Positions 62,468-64,000 of a DNA stretch of 64,000 bases are shown piece by piece; the stretch's first letter is position 1; every line of letters starts with the position of its first letter. The translations under genes and the position numbers were made by a program. Source of the DNA: a bacterium (GTDB lineage: Bacteria; Patescibacteriota; Doudnabacteria; UBA920); the NCBI GenBank assembly GCA_016699995.1, contig CP064996.1, positions 626,963 through 690,962 of the forward strand, read 5' to 3'. The notes under the pieces are model-generated. The model searched no databases and was not told the origin of the DNA. It saw only the letters and a program-made list of their open reading frames with translations.

Positions 62468-64000
62468 CTAGAAATTTAATACTCCTGCCAATCTTTCTGC
62501 TAGAACTTGGATCTGGGAATATGCTTTGTCGAAGGTATTGGCTAGGACTGCATGAGCTGGATTGTACCCCCAAGAGGTTAGAATCTGCATAGAAGGAATA
62601 CCAACTAATGCTCCGACAGAGATAATCTGCAAGGTGCCAGAATTGTTGATCAAAGTACCGGCAAGATGTGCTTGTTCTGAAGTGGAGAGGTTTGGGGCAG
62701 TTTCCATAAAAGAAACATCTCCATAAATAGCATTTCCAAACGAGAAGCCCAAAGCTTTAAATACAGCGCTAGAAGTAAATCCAGCCTTCTTGCCACCCGT
62801 AATAAGGTAACAGGTACCTTTGTCCGAACCTCTGTCCGAGCAAGCAATCGATCCGTCCCGAACGGGGATAAAGCTACCAATTTCTAAAGCTAAATCGGCG
62901 TTATTAGCTGGAACGACATTCGTCCATGTATTAAACCCATAAGATAAATAAGCTCCGGCAGAAGTATACGGCCTGCGCTTGCCATCGCGTGTGAGCGTGT
63001 AAATCGTTCCGTCTGAAGTAATGATGTTAGTCCCAAGCGCATGAGGCTGTTCGACGGGTGCAGGATGACTGCCGTCTCCTGTCCAATTTCCACTCGCTGC
63101 CGCGGCCACCTCACCAAACAAGCCAAAAACTGAAAATGAATCGGTTTCGCACGTCACGGTATTGGCATTTGTATCTACCGTGCAAGGAGCCAACGATGTC
63201 CATACCCCGCCACTGTAATGCCAGATTTCCAAAGAAGACTCATCAATACCATTTAGGTCATCTTCATCGTAGGTAACAGTAATTTCGATAGGCTCGTCAA
63301 AGCCGGGGGCAACTCCAGTGTTAACATCGTAAATATTCTTTAGATCGAACACCAAGTTGCTTGCGGTCTTACCTGTTGGAATTCCTGTGCCATTAAGACC
63401 GTCTGCTGGATCAATTAATTTAATTTGGTAGAACAGGTTATCTGCCGTTGCTCCTGCAGGAATATTCAACAGAATAGTGTTTCCGCCATTTGTTAACTGA
63501 GCAGTACCTCCTGTAGATGCATCTATGGCAGTGGTTTCATCTGCTAGGATTTCGGCCGAACCAACACAACCATCTGTTGTAAATGTTGCGTTAGGGCTGG
63601 TAGTCGAAACAGATGAAGAATCTACAGAGACCACACTATAATGGTACGTGGTACATGCTATTAATGACGAAATAGTTTTTGAATGAGACAACACTCTGGG
63701 AGAAGTGTCGGTAACAGGAGCAGTAACAGTATGGGTTGAGGTTAATCCGTAAGTCATTCCTGTAGAAGCCAGTTTGTTAGTAGTCCAGGTAATTACTGCG
63801 CTTGTTGTAGATGGCGTTGCAACGACCGAACTAATAATTGGCCCTGTTGTATCAATAACCAAGGCTTTATTAGCAGCCAGATTAGTGGCTGGAGTAAAGT
63901 TCACCATTGGGTTTCCGTCCAGATCCGCGATGGTGCCAGAAATTGACCTAACTGTTAAATCCGAACTTAAATCACCGGCTTGCACAGTGTAATCACAAGT
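62468..64000 (-). CDS. large Thr/Ser-rich surface protein, C-terminal part (5' end beyond window)
   Basis: Frame stays open to the window edge; the apparent start is only a GTG. Fibronectin-III/Ig-like repeat composition (TTGPIISSVVATPSTTSAVITWTT...). Confidence 0.55.
   Translation of the reverse strand, partial: TCDYTVQAGDLSSDLTVRSISGTIADLDGNPMVNFTPATNLAANKALVIDTTGPIISSVVATPSTTSAVITWTTNKLASTGMTYGLTSTHTVTAPVTDTSPRVLSHSKTISSLIACTTYHYSVVSVDSSSVSTTSPNATFTTDGCVGSAEILADETTAIDASTGGTAQLTNGGNTILLNIPAGATADNLFYQIKLIDPADGLNGTGIPTGKTASNLVFDLKNIYDVNTGVAPGFDEPIEITVTYDEDDLNGIDESSLEIWHYSGGVWTSLAPCTVDTNANTVTCETDSFSVFGLFGEVAAAASGNWTGDGSHPAPVEQPHALGTNIITSDGTIYTLTRDGKRRPYTSAGAYLSYGFNTWTNVVPANNADLALEIGSFIPVRDGSIACSDRGSDKGTCYLITGGKKAGFTSSAVFKALGFSFGNAIYGDVSFMETAPNLSTSEQAHLAGTLINNSGTLQIISVGALVGIPSMQILTSWGYNPAHAVLANTFDKAYSQIQVLAERLAGVLNF

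Overview
This 64 kb window looks like it comes from a small-genome, low-GC bacterium. The gene content is Patescibacteria/CPR-like or Gram-positive-like: gatCAB, comFC, LysM-CHAP, a Gram-positive-style type IV secretion cluster and short overlapping gene junctions. That lineage call is an inference, not a measurement. Coding density is high on both strands.

Housekeeping genes found: miaA, gatC/A/B, lemA-htpX, recX, clpC, recG, radA, rsmA, pcrA/uvrD, recO, smpB, ileS and argS.

RNA genes found: two tRNA-Ser genes (anticodons GCT and TGA) and a tmRNA (ssrA) with canonical 5' and 3' ends.

Two accessory regions stand out:

- **Ubiquitin-like conjugation operon, about 14.9-18.8 kb.** A 6.4 kb segment bounded by the two tRNA-Ser genes carries four genes in a row: a 558 aa protein with an E2/UBC-like HPx...C core, a JAB/MPN (JAMM) metalloprotease, a ThiF/E1-like activating enzyme and an 88 aa beta-grasp ubiquitin-like protein. 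An ECF sigma factor and a membrane anti-sigma-like protein follow. This resembles the bacterial ubiquitin-like conjugation systems ('Bil'-like), but the E2-like protein here is a large multi-domain protein and the ubiquitin-like protein lacks a C-terminal Gly-Gly.
- **Type IV secretion/conjugation-like cluster, about 25.4-41.1 kb.** It contains a VirB4 ATPase that appears split into two translationally coupled ORFs, a VirB3/PrgI-like protein, a 1534 aa VirB6-like giant protein with a collagen-like Gly-X-Y tail, Pro-rich and Gly/Ala-repeat proteins, and several secreted proteins.

Other points: an IS200/IS605-type tnpA element near the 3' end. There is a G/C homopolymer block at about 50.63-50.94 kb that is almost certainly a sequencing or assembly artefact. 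Apparent frameshifts split both ileS and argS close to that block, so local sequence quality is suspect. No CRISPR array was found.
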